From contig JANRKO010000008.1 in the NCBI GenBank assembly GCA_033763455.1, forward strand, positions 1 through 64,000: 64,000 bases of DNA, given 5' to 3'. The DNA comes from Polyangiaceae bacterium. GTDB lineage: Bacteria; Myxococcota_A; Polyangia; Polyangiales; Polyangiaceae. Shown in pieces: positions 1-8,284 of the stretch. Numbering within the stretch: the stretch's first letter is position 1; each line of letters starts with the position of its first letter. A program made the position numbers and the translations under genes. The notes under the pieces are model-generated. The model made no database searches. It had not been told where the DNA came from and saw only the letters and a program-made list of their open reading frames with translations.

Positions 1-105
1 GGCAGAGGCGAAGGCAGCCGCAGAAGCGAAGAAGGCAGAGGCGAAGGCAGCCGCAGAAGCGAAGAAGGCAGAGGCGAAGGCAGCCGCAGAAGCGAAGAAG
101 GCAGA
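1..105 (+). repeat. 33-bp tandem repeat (3 perfect copies plus a partial one, runs off the left edge) encoding AEAKAAAEAKK
   Basis: GGCAGAGGCGAAGGCAGCCGCAGAAGCGAAGAA at 1-33, 34-66 and 67-99, in frame with scpB. Confidence 0.95.
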
Positions 106-1099
106 AGCAGTAGCAGCTACGGCCGAGACGACCCATGCAGCAGGTGAAGACTCCCCAGCTAGCGCCGCTATGCCTGGTGATGCTTCGGACGAAAGCGCTG
201 AAGACACGCAGGCATTTTTGCGCGGGCTGGTGGAAGCGATCTTGTTTGTGGCCGAAAAGCCCCTCGATTTGAAAGAGCTCGCTCGCGCTGTGCGACTCGA
301 TCGTAAACGCACTGAAGAGCTATTGGGTGAGTTGCAGGAGCAATACGCCGGTCGAGGCGTGCGGATCGATATCGTGGGCGGTGGCTACGCGTTTCGCACC
401 ACGGCGACGTATTCCAAGTATGTTCAGAACTTCCTTGCGCAGCGCCCCGTTCGGCTCTCGCGGGCGCAGCTTGAAACGTTAGCCATTGTAGCTTACCGGC
501 AACCCATCACCCGTCCGGAAATCGACGAGATCCGAGGGGTCGATTGCGGGCCTGTGCTCAAGGGTTTGCTGGAACGCGATTTGATTCGCATCTTGGGCAA
601 AAAGGATGAGCCCGGCAGGCCCATGCTTTACGGAACGGCTCCGGGCTTTCAGGAACTGTTCAGCATCAGCAGCTTGAGTGAGCTGCCCACACTGAAGGAG
701 TTCACCGAGCTTTCGGGCGAGGCGCGTGCGGAGTTTCAGGAGAAAACGGGTGAAGAGGTTCCCGAAGGTCCGCTCGACTCTCCGGACTTGTTTGCTCCAG
801 CGCCCCAACCCACCCAGATGCTCGAAAATTCTAGGTCCTTAGGTGCAAACGCTGAAGACGAAGACGTTGAGGAGCACGATGCCCCCTCGGATTCCGCTGC
901 GCCGCCAAATTCTGAGCGCGGCGAAGATACTGAAGCCACCCCATCGGACGAGGACGACGAGGACGACGAGGACGACGAGGACGACGAGGACGACGAGGAC
1001 GACGAGGACGACGAGGACGACGAAGACGACGAGGACGACGAAGACGACGAGGACGACGAAGACGACGAGGACGACGAAGACGACGAGGACGACGAGTGA
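2..1099 (+). CDS. scpB: SMC-Scp complex subunit ScpB with low-complexity N- and C-terminal extensions (5' partial; frame is open from window start)
   Basis: ScpB motifs LSRAQLETLAIVAYRQPITRPEIDEIRGVD and GRPMLYGT. The frame has no stop from position 2 to the ATG at 170. Confidence 0.92.
   Translation, partial: AEAKAAAEAKKAEAKAAAEAKKAEAKAAAEAKKAEAVAATAETTHAAGEDSPASAAMPGDASDESAEDTQAFLRGLVEAILFVAEKPLDLKELARAVRLDRKRTEELLGELQEQYAGRGVRIDIVGGGYAFRTTATYSKYVQNFLAQRPVRLSRAQLETLAIVAYRQPITRPEIDEIRGVDCGPVLKGLLERDLIRILGKKDEPGRPMLYGTAPGFQELFSISSLSELPTLKEFTELSGEARAEFQEKTGEEVPEGPLDSPDLFAPAPQPTQMLENSRSLGANAEDEDVEEHDAPSDSAAPPNSERGEDTEATPSDEDDEDDEDDEDDEDDEDDEDDEDDEDDEDDEDDEDDEDDEDDEDDEDDE
947..1096 (+). repeat. 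9-bp tandem repeat (GAGGACGAC/GAAGACGAC) encoding a 50-residue pure Asp/Glu tail
   Basis: DE(DDE)16 immediately before the scpB stop codon. Confidence 0.95.
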
Positions 1100-1162
1100 G
1101 CTCAGGTAGCCGATTTCGCGCGTACTGACGCAACTCGGTCACGCGCTGGTCGAGGGAGCTCC

Positions 1163-2656
1163 ATGTACAGTTCCCCTGCTTGGGGTTTTCCCCAGATCAT
1201 AGTGCTCGCAGTTGGCTCACTCGCTTTGGCGCTGACCGCCTGTTCGGTTGGACTTGCTCCCGTGCCTCCAGGCTCTGACAGTGCCACTGTCGAAGTAACT
1301 TCCGAACTGGGTGCCAAACTGGGTCGGACGTCTCATTTTCGATTAACAAGTTCACGGCCAATAAATAAAGCTTCCGCCTGGGTGTTGCGCGGGGAGCTCT
1401 CAAGCTACGCACTGGGCCAGATCCGGCGGGACGAAGCCGCCCAGTCGTTGCTCGATCGTCGGGTTCCCTCGCTTAATTGGACTGATAGCGATGGGGTGCT
1501 CAATGTCGCCCCGCTTGAGCCACTTTCAGGGATGATTTCCGTCGTTGAAACGGGAAACGGCGTGCTGTTTCAGGGCATGGTCGAAAGTTCGGCGCAGGGA
1601 CTTATGCGCGTTTGGCCCCCCGCGGGCCAGGTTGCGAGCAATGCTGCGATGTTTTGCCTGGATGACACGAGTGAGTTGGGGACCACCGAGATCGACGCGT
1701 TGGATCTGCTGCCGAGTGGGGAAGCCCTTGGCGTTCTGCGTGGCCTACCGTTAGGCCTCCGGTTGGAGCGGTGCATTACCCTTTTCCCAAAGGCAGTTCC
1801 AAGGAACTCTCCAAGCCCATTCGGGATATCTCCGGTGTCTCTGTTTGGCGTTGCGCTAGATCCCACCGTTTTTGATGCGAGAGTTGCCTCGGCGTGGGGA
1901 ACGGAAGCTCCGTGTACTCCACACCAATTGGCCTTGCCAGCAGGCTGTGCCACCGTTGGAGACGATCGCGTTACGTTCACGTTTGATCGCCCCGTACACG
2001 TTGCTGTTAAAGTCGGCGCCGCGGAGAAAGATCAGGCGCTCGCTGCGGGCCAAAGCCTCAGCATTCCCGGTTTACTTTCGGAAACAGCGTACCCCCTGCA
2101 GGTTGCCGTTACCGATCTTGCGGGTGAGTCGCGAATCGCCGAGGGCACGGTCACAACGACCCACGCCGCTGCTCGCGTGGTCATCAATGAAGTCCTGGCC
2201 AATCCAAATGGGCCAGAGCCCGCGCAGGAATGGATCGAACTCTACAACGACGGCCGCGCGCCAGCGGATCTTTCGGGATTCACCCTGGAGGACAACGGCG
2301 GTGTTACGAACCTCCCGAATGCCGTCTTGGCTCCCGGAGCTTACGCGCTTCTGGTCAACGAGGGCTTCGACCCTGCAAACACAGCGGATGTGTTGCCTTT
2401 GACCGACACACAATTGCTGCGTATTCCTAAGCTGGGCATCAACGGCCTCAGCAATTCTGGCGAACCGTTGAAGTTGAAGGACGCTTCCGGGCAGGTAGTA
2501 TCGAATTTCATTGCACAAGTTCAGGCGCCGTCTGGCGTGAGCGTTTGCCGTGCGGCTCCCGGGAGTGACGGCCCCACCGCGTTCGTTCTGCATGCGGAGC
2601 CAGGCGCATCTCCGGGCGTTCCTAATGTGCCGAGTAGTGCGCCGCAAAAACTGTGA
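1163..2656 (+). CDS. Putative lipoprotein with C-terminal lamin-tail domain (LTD)
   Basis: Lipobox-like LALTAC. VVINEVLANPNG...EWIELYN...DLSGFTL...LSNSGE is the typical LTD signature. Confidence 0.75.
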   Translation: MYSSPAWGFPQIIVLAVGSLALALTACSVGLAPVPPGSDSATVEVTSELGAKLGRTSHFRLTSSRPINKASAWVLRGELSSYALGQIRRDEAAQSLLDRRVPSLNWTDSDGVLNVAPLEPLSGMISVVETGNGVLFQGMVESSAQGLMRVWPPAGQVASNAAMFCLDDTSELGTTEIDALDLLPSGEALGVLRGLPLGLRLERCITLFPKAVPRNSPSPFGISPVSLFGVALDPTVFDARVASAWGTEAPCTPHQLALPAGCATVGDDRVTFTFDRPVHVAVKVGAAEKDQALAAGQSLSIPGLLSETAYPLQVAVTDLAGESRIAEGTVTTTHAAARVVINEVLANPNGPEPAQEWIELYNDGRAPADLSGFTLEDNGGVTNLPNAVLAPGAYALLVNEGFDPANTADVLPLTDTQLLRIPKLGINGLSNSGEPLKLKDASGQVVSNFIAQVQAPSGVSVCRAAPGSDGPTAFVLHAEPGASPGVPNVPSSAPQKL

Positions 2657-2660
2657 CGGC

Positions 2661-4019
2661 CTATGTGCCCGCTATGGTCATGGCGGCGACACGGAATGTG
2701 GGCGCCGCTGTGGATGTCTTAAAGGTGAGGTCGTTCGCGATGGCATCCATGGACTTCAGCATGGTGTCGAGGTTTGACGAAATCGTGACTTCGCTGACCG
2801 GAAACGCGAGTTTGCCATTCTCGATCCAAAATCCTGCGGCACCGCGTGAGAAATCCCCGGTAACTGGGTTAAAGCCCATGCCCATCATTTCGGTTACGTA
2901 AAGGCCTGTGGGGGTTGCTGCGAGCAACTCAGCGGCGGACATGGAGCCGGGTTGTAGAATGAAATTGGTTGTTGAGGCACCGATGCTGCCTCCGCCTCGG
3001 CCTGCGTTGCCGGTACTGGCCCGACCGAGCTTTCGAGCACTGTAACAGTCGCAGAGGTACGTCCTCAGAATCCCGTTTTCCACCACTACGTTGCGGCGTG
3101 TGGGCAACCCTTCGCCATCGAATACTTTGGAGCCAGGGCCGCGCTTGATGAACGGATCATCGACCATGGTGACCAGGGGCGAGGCTACTTCGGTGCCTTC
3201 TCGTTCTAGGAGGTAGCTGGAGCGTCGCCATATCCCACCGCCCATGATGCAACCGGCAAAGGCGCCAATAATCGAGCGCGAAACGTCGGGGTCGAAGATC
3301 ACCGGAGCGGTGCAGGTTTTCACCTTCTTTGCGCCAAGCTTAGCCAGTGTGCGCCGAGCAGCTTCACGACCCACCTGCTCGGGGGATTCAAGATCCAAAA
3401 GGTGGCGCGCGGCGGACCAATAGTGGCCCCGCCGCCGCTTGCCGTCTTCATCTTCAGCAACTGGCGTAACAACAAGCGAGGCATAGGAGCCGCGAGTACG
3501 CCCCACAAACCCGCCCGAAAGCACCAATACGCTCTCGGAGCTTGTACGCCCAAAGGTTGCTCCCTCGCTCAACGTGAGCCGTGGATCTGCGCTTAGGGCT
3601 ACTTCTTCAGCATCGCGCGCGCGAGAGATCGCTTCTGTGGCGCTAATCGAGGAAATCTGAGGGTCGAAGAGTTCCAGATCTTGAAAAGGGCCCTTTGCAA
3701 GTTGCGAGGGATCTGCGGGCGCTGCGAACGGATCGGCTTCACTCAACTCCACCAACATCAGAGCGTCTTCAACGCATCGCAGGAGTCCAGCTTCGCTAAA
3801 GTCCGTAGTCGAGGTGGTGCTCACCCGATCACCGCGAATCACGCGTAGAGCGAGGCCCGAGCTCCCGGCTTCCTCCAACAACTCAACATTGCCCAATCTC
3901 ACCTTGACGCTCAGATCCCAGCTTTGGCCAAGGCTCACTTCCGCAACATCCGCGCCCTTGGCGCGTGCAGCTTGCATGACTTGCGTGGCGATGGCTTCGA
4001 GGTCTTTTGGTTCTGTCAT
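2661..4019 (-). CDS. pmbA: TldD/PmbA family protein, PmbA/TldE-like (non-catalytic subunit)
   Basis: FDGEG, GFNPVTGDFSRGAAGFWIENG and PVSEVTISSNL motifs. No HExxxH metal motif. Confidence 0.88.
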   Translation of the reverse strand: MTEPKDLEAIATQVMQAARAKGADVAEVSLGQSWDLSVKVRLGNVELLEEAGSSGLALRVIRGDRVSTTSTTDFSEAGLLRCVEDALMLVELSEADPFAAPADPSQLAKGPFQDLELFDPQISSISATEAISRARDAEEVALSADPRLTLSEGATFGRTSSESVLVLSGGFVGRTRGSYASLVVTPVAEDEDGKRRRGHYWSAARHLLDLESPEQVGREAARRTLAKLGAKKVKTCTAPVIFDPDVSRSIIGAFAGCIMGGGIWRRSSYLLEREGTEVASPLVTMVDDPFIKRGPGSKVFDGEGLPTRRNVVVENGILRTYLCDCYSARKLGRASTGNAGRGGGSIGASTTNFILQPGSMSAAELLAATPTGLYVTEMMGMGFNPVTGDFSRGAAGFWIENGKLAFPVSEVTISSNLDTMLKSMDAIANDLTFKTSTAAPTFRVAAMTIAGT

Positions 4020-4021
4020 AA

Positions 4022-4576
4022 CTACCTTCGATCGTTACCCATGCGGCGCAGGCAATAGATTGTCCACACACAAGCGCCCATAAGGACCGCTCCCATCCAG
4101 AGGACCGCATACCCAAGCGGGCTGCCTGCCAGCGGTTGGGTGCCAAAATCCCCTTGGAATTGCCCGTAGGAGCCCACCACGGCGAGCCGGCGGAGCGAAA
4201 GCGCAAGGCCAGCCGCCACAAGCAGAGCCGGGACTGCCATCATTCGCGCAAGCCCGACCACGTCCCGTTTGCCGGCGCGGCGCGCCGCACAAAAGAAGCC
4301 TAGGGGAACGCTGGTCGCATCGGCCAAGACAACTCCAATATCTAGGAAAGTGGGTGCACGCGACGCGGCCGCTAAGTACACGTAAGACCACGCTGGCGCA
4401 AAAGCGATGAAGAAGCCAGCTAGAGGTGCGTAGACAAGCAGGGCGAAAGTGAGCACTAAGAGTTGGGAGCGGCTTACTACGCGTGGCTCTGGGCTGCGCG
4501 CGAGCTCCTCGGCTGCGGCCCATGCGAAGAGGATCCCCAGGGCAAAACCAAGGATGGGACCTATAGGGGCGGGCAC
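4022..4576 (-). CDS. Hypothetical integral membrane protein
   Basis: About 5 hydrophobic segments. Ends 2 bp before the pmbA start. GTG start at 4576 is inferred. Confidence 0.65.
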   Translation of the reverse strand: MPAPIGPILGFALGILFAWAAAEELARSPEPRVVSRSQLLVLTFALLVYAPLAGFFIAFAPAWSYVYLAAASRAPTFLDIGVVLADATSVPLGFFCAARRAGKRDVVGLARMMAVPALLVAAGLALSLRRLAVVGSYGQFQGDFGTQPLAGSPLGYAVLWMGAVLMGACVWTIYCLRRMGNDRR

Positions 4577-4667
4577 GAAGTTTTCACCGAGAGTTGGGGG
4601 TGGATGGGGCGAGACCCGAGTTGCGATGGGTCGACGCGCGCCCGGGGATAGACTACACCACCCGGGC

Positions 4668-5432
4668 ATGAAGGAGGCAACGCTACGCCAGCTCCTTGCG
4701 TCGGTTCGGGACGGTCAGGTGGATGTTTCGGCCGCCGTTTTGCAGCTCAAGTCGTTGCCGTTTGAGGATGTAGGTTACGCCACGGTCGACCATAACCGCG
4801 CCCTGCGAAGCGGCGTCCCGGAGGTCATTTTTGCACAAGGCAAGACCCCGGAGCAGATTGTTGGGATTGCTCGTCGCCTGATCGCGTCGGATCAGGTGGT
4901 GCTCATCACTCGCCTGGATGCCGAAAGTGCAAGCTTCGCCATTCAGGAATTGCCCGGCCTTCGCTACGCCGAAGCTGCTCGCGTAGCTACTTTCGGACAC
5001 GAGATGATTGTTCCGCTTGAGATCCGGCCAGTCGCAGTGGTCACGGCGGGAACGAGCGACATCCCGGTGGCTGAAGAGGCGATCGAAACCTTGAGCATGA
5101 TCGGGATCCCCTTCGAGCGCGTGTACGACGTGGGCGTTGCCGGCCTCCACCGCTTGCTCGCACGGGTGGAGCGTTTGCGCGAAGCCTCGGCGCTCATCTG
5201 TGTGGCAGGCATGGAAGGCGCGTTGCCGAGTGTTGTTGGGGGTCTTGTCGCCGTTCCTGTCGTGGCGGTGCCCACCTCCACTGGCTATGGGGCGGCGTTG
5301 GGGGGGCTTGCTGCACTCATGGGCATGCTTACCAGTTGCGCGTCAGGCGTAACGGTCGTCAACATCGACAACGGGTTCGGTGCGGCCATGGCCGTTGCGC
5401 GCATGGTCATGAGTCAAGCCAAGGCGGTTTGA
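4668..5432 (+). CDS. larB: Nickel-pincer cofactor biosynthesis protein LarB (AIR-carboxylase-like)
   Basis: PEVIFAQGKT, AGTSDIPVAEEA, DVGVAGLHRL, AGMEGALPSVVGG, VPTSTGYG and VNIDNGFGAA motifs. Confidence 0.92.
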   Translation: MKEATLRQLLASVRDGQVDVSAAVLQLKSLPFEDVGYATVDHNRALRSGVPEVIFAQGKTPEQIVGIARRLIASDQVVLITRLDAESASFAIQELPGLRYAEAARVATFGHEMIVPLEIRPVAVVTAGTSDIPVAEEAIETLSMIGIPFERVYDVGVAGLHRLLARVERLREASALICVAGMEGALPSVVGGLVAVPVVAVPTSTGYGAALGGLAALMGMLTSCASGVTVVNIDNGFGAAMAVARMVMSQAKAV

Positions 5433-5434
5433 GC

Positions 5435-6808
5435 ATGAACGACAGCAAATTGGGCTCGGGAAAGATCTTCCGCCCTGAGGCGCAAAATCCGTTGGCGCCT
5501 CCTTCAGCGGCTCACAGGCACGCCGATCACGAGCACCACCACGGCCACGGGGATCACGAACACCACCACGGTCAGGGGTCTCAGCACACGGCGCCTGATC
5601 CCGCGCCGATTCTGCCGGGCGCGAGCGCCGGCTCCCTGCTGTTCTTCGATGCACCTAGCGGCTTGGCTGGCGACATGATCATCGCCTCGCTCGTGGACTT
5701 GGGCGTGCCTTTCGAAGTGGTCGAATCAGCGGTGGCGGCTCTTCGGCTTACGGGTTTTGAGCTGAAGCTGTGGTCGGCTTTTGCCGGTGCCATCGGCGTG
5801 AAGCGCTTCGACGTCGTGATCGCACCGGGCGGGCGCGAGCGGTCCCATGCCGAGATCGACAGTTTGATTGCTAAAGCTGACCTCCAGCCAGGGGTCTCTG
5901 AGTTGGCCCGTGCCATCTTCCTCAGGCTTGCGCGTGCTGAAGCACGGGTTCACCGCATCCGGGTCGAAGAGGTTCACTTTCACGAGGTGGGCGCCGTGGA
6001 TGCCATTGTAGATATCGTCGGTGCAGCGGCGTGTTTGGCGTATCTCGGGGCTACCGTTGTAAGTTCTCCGCTCCCGATGGGACGAGGTTTCGTGGAATGT
6101 CGGCACGGACGCATTCCGTTGCCTGCCCCCGCCACCGTCGAATGCCTAAACGGGGTTCCCACGTATTCTACGCCGCTTGAATACGAACTCGTGACACCTA
6201 CCGGGGCCGCCATTATCGGCACGGTTGCTAAGAGCTTCACCCACTGGCCTGATTTTTCGCCGCTTCGGGTGGGTTGGGGAGGAGGCACGCGTCAGTTGCC
6301 GGACCGCCCCAACGCTTTGCGCGCAATCCTGGGGATTCCCACTGTGCCGAAGGCAGATGCTGGAACCTATGAGTTAATCGAAGCCAACGTCGACGACATG
6401 ACGGGAGAGTTGGCGGCCTATGTTATCCAGGCGCTCGTGACGGCGGGGGCGCGCGATGCCTGGGTAAGCCCCATAACGATGAAGAAGGGACGGCCCGGGT
6501 TGATGCTGAGCGCGATAGCGGATGCTGCCCTTGGGTCCAGCATCGCGAGCCTGCTCTTGACTGAAACCACAACACTCGGCGTGCGCCGGCAGAATTTCAC
6601 GAGGCTTGAGCGGCCCCGGCGGATGCTTGAGGTGGAAACGCGGTTCGGGCAAGTGCGAGTGAAGGTAAGCGAAGGGCCGTATGGTCCACCGCAAGTGAAG
6701 CCCGAATTTGAAGATTGCGCTGCCTTGGCACGTTCCCGAGGGGTGCCGCTTCGCGAAGTCTTGGCTGAGGCGCTCGAACGTACGCTTGCCCTGCTGCGCG
6801 GCTGCTGA
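5435..6808 (+). CDS. larC: Nickel-pincer cofactor biosynthesis protein LarC (nickel insertase) with His-rich N-terminus
   Basis: SGLAGDMI, VHFHEVGAVDAIVDIVG, PAPAT, ELVTPTGAA, EANVDDMTGE, MKKGRPG and KPEFEDC motifs. Starts 2 bp after larB. Confidence 0.92.
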   Translation: MNDSKLGSGKIFRPEAQNPLAPPSAAHRHADHEHHHGHGDHEHHHGQGSQHTAPDPAPILPGASAGSLLFFDAPSGLAGDMIIASLVDLGVPFEVVESAVAALRLTGFELKLWSAFAGAIGVKRFDVVIAPGGRERSHAEIDSLIAKADLQPGVSELARAIFLRLARAEARVHRIRVEEVHFHEVGAVDAIVDIVGAAACLAYLGATVVSSPLPMGRGFVECRHGRIPLPAPATVECLNGVPTYSTPLEYELVTPTGAAIIGTVAKSFTHWPDFSPLRVGWGGGTRQLPDRPNALRAILGIPTVPKADAGTYELIEANVDDMTGELAAYVIQALVTAGARDAWVSPITMKKGRPGLMLSAIADAALGSSIASLLLTETTTLGVRRQNFTRLERPRRMLEVETRFGQVRVKVSEGPYGPPQVKPEFEDCAALARSRGVPLREVLAEALERTLALLRGC

Positions 6809-6841
6809 GCTTAAAGAAATAGGCCTTATTGGGCCGCAAAA

Positions 6842-7483
6842 TCAGTTGGGGCGGATCAGCCGGTAACCGGAAGCTTCCCAGGCCAACACACCGCCTTCCA
6901 GGAAAGCAACGGGAAAGCCACTCCCGTTTAACTTCTCTGCAAGATCTTTAGTTTTATCCCCGGCTCGGCAGTAAAGCACAGCGGGGGTCGGCAACATGTG
7001 CAGCTCAGCCAGGCGCGTCTCCACTTCTTCGGCTGGAATATTGATGGCGCCCTCAAGATGAGCGCGCCCAAAGACGGCCGGTTCGCGCACATCTACCAGG
7101 CTGATCTTCCCAGCCTTGTACAGCATTTCTACTTCGTTCGGCTTTAGCGCGCCCGCGGAACGGGGCAAGACGGGTTCGATGAGCGCGCGCAGTTCATTGC
7201 GCTTCAGCGCACCGACCTTGCCACCCACCGGCTGCCCCTGATTGAAAACCACAAAGGCGGGCACCGAGCGGACGCCCATTTGTTGTGCGAGCATGGGAGA
7301 GCGATCGATGTCGACCGCGACAACCTTAGCCTTTCCTTGAAGCTCTCTGGAGAGCGCCTCAAGCTCTGGGGCCACCACTTTGCAGGGGCCACACCACTCC
7401 GCACCGAACTCTACCAACACGGGCAGTTCGCTCAGGAGGACTTCACGCTGAAAGTTGGCTTCGGTGACTTCGGGAAGGGGCAT
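6842..7483 (-). CDS. Thioredoxin-rhodanese fusion protein
   Basis: N-terminal thioredoxin with WCGPC. C-terminal rhodanese with LVDVRE...HLEGAINIP...LYCRAG...LEGGVLAW. Confidence 0.85.
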   Translation of the reverse strand: MPLPEVTEANFQREVLLSELPVLVEFGAEWCGPCKVVAPELEALSRELQGKAKVVAVDIDRSPMLAQQMGVRSVPAFVVFNQGQPVGGKVGALKRNELRALIEPVLPRSAGALKPNEVEMLYKAGKISLVDVREPAVFGRAHLEGAINIPAEEVETRLAELHMLPTPAVLYCRAGDKTKDLAEKLNGSGFPVAFLEGGVLAWEASGYRLIRPN

Positions 7484-7493
7484 CTTGGGCCAT

Positions 7494-8276
7494 TCATCTA
7501 CTCCGTTCCTTTCCCGCCGCAAGCCCGGGTTCACGCGATGGGTGGGATGCGGCCCTTCTATCGCCCGAAGCGAGCGAGCGGAGGCCAACGAAAACGGCTC
7601 CTGCCGTCACAGCCACCGACAGGGCCCCGAGAAGGCGAACGAGAGCATCTGGTGCCACGAGCATCTGCCCCCAACTCAAGCTGCTGCCGCTCGGCATCTT
7701 AAGGAACCCGAGCCAGGCCTCCATCCCCACCACTGCCGGCAGGCTTAGGGCCACGCTGGTGAGTACGGGTACGCTCGCCTGCGGCAACAGGTACCTTTGT
7801 GTATAGGCCCAGACGCCCAGTTTTCGACTGCGCGCTTCTTGGGCTGCACCTTCGGGCTTTAGGTTCGAGAGTGTAGATGAGAACTGGTGAGCGATTTCTA
7901 GCGCTCGCAAACTCCCGACCCCCGCCACAAAACCCCAGAATGGGTTTTTTCCGGCCGTTCCAACCAAGAGAGCCACTGTGACTAGCGTAGGCAAGCTGGT
8001 AGCTAGATCGGTGAGCCCACGCACTAGCGTGCGCCCGGGCCCGCCTTCCCCGAGGTTCAGCAGGCCGAGAGCCGTGCCGACGACTGTTGAAAAAATTGCT
8101 ACGCCCAAGCACGCTCCGAGCGTTGCTCGCCCCGCGTGGCACCACGCTTGAAGGAGCCCGGGCTGCGTTGGAGGTAGGGGCAGCGGGAGCAGAAGCGAGC
8201 CCCAAAACACAACACTCCCGATGAGGAGCAGTGTGGCGATGCTGGCGCGGATGGCAAGTTGGCGGGGCGTGCGCAC
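7494..8276 (-). CDS. Divergent ABC transporter permease, DppC/OppC-like
   Basis: Multiple TM segments, EAA-loop-like EARSRKLG...RYLLPQ, and EAWLGFL...SWGQML typical of DppC. Confidence 0.65.
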   Translation of the reverse strand: MRTPRQLAIRASIATLLLIGSVVFWGSLLLPLPLPPTQPGLLQAWCHAGRATLGACLGVAIFSTVVGTALGLLNLGEGGPGRTLVRGLTDLATSLPTLVTVALLVGTAGKNPFWGFVAGVGSLRALEIAHQFSSTLSNLKPEGAAQEARSRKLGVWAYTQRYLLPQASVPVLTSVALSLPAVVGMEAWLGFLKMPSGSSLSWGQMLVAPDALVRLLGALSVAVTAGAVFVGLRSLASGDRRAASHPSREPGLAAGKERSR

Positions 8277-8284
8277 TCGGATCT

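Noticed and set aside
1..105. 33-bp repeats as a possible CRISPR array
   Set aside because: The units are directly adjacent with no spacers, the length is a multiple of 3 in frame with scpB, and there are no cas genes.
831..1142. Arg/Pro-rich (RRPRRL) and Thr/Arg-rich ORFs
   Set aside because: These are alternative-frame readings of the 9-bp acidic repeat in scpB.
5435..6808. Programmed frameshift in larC, as in split larC1/larC2 genes
   Set aside because: Both halves are in one continuous ORF here.
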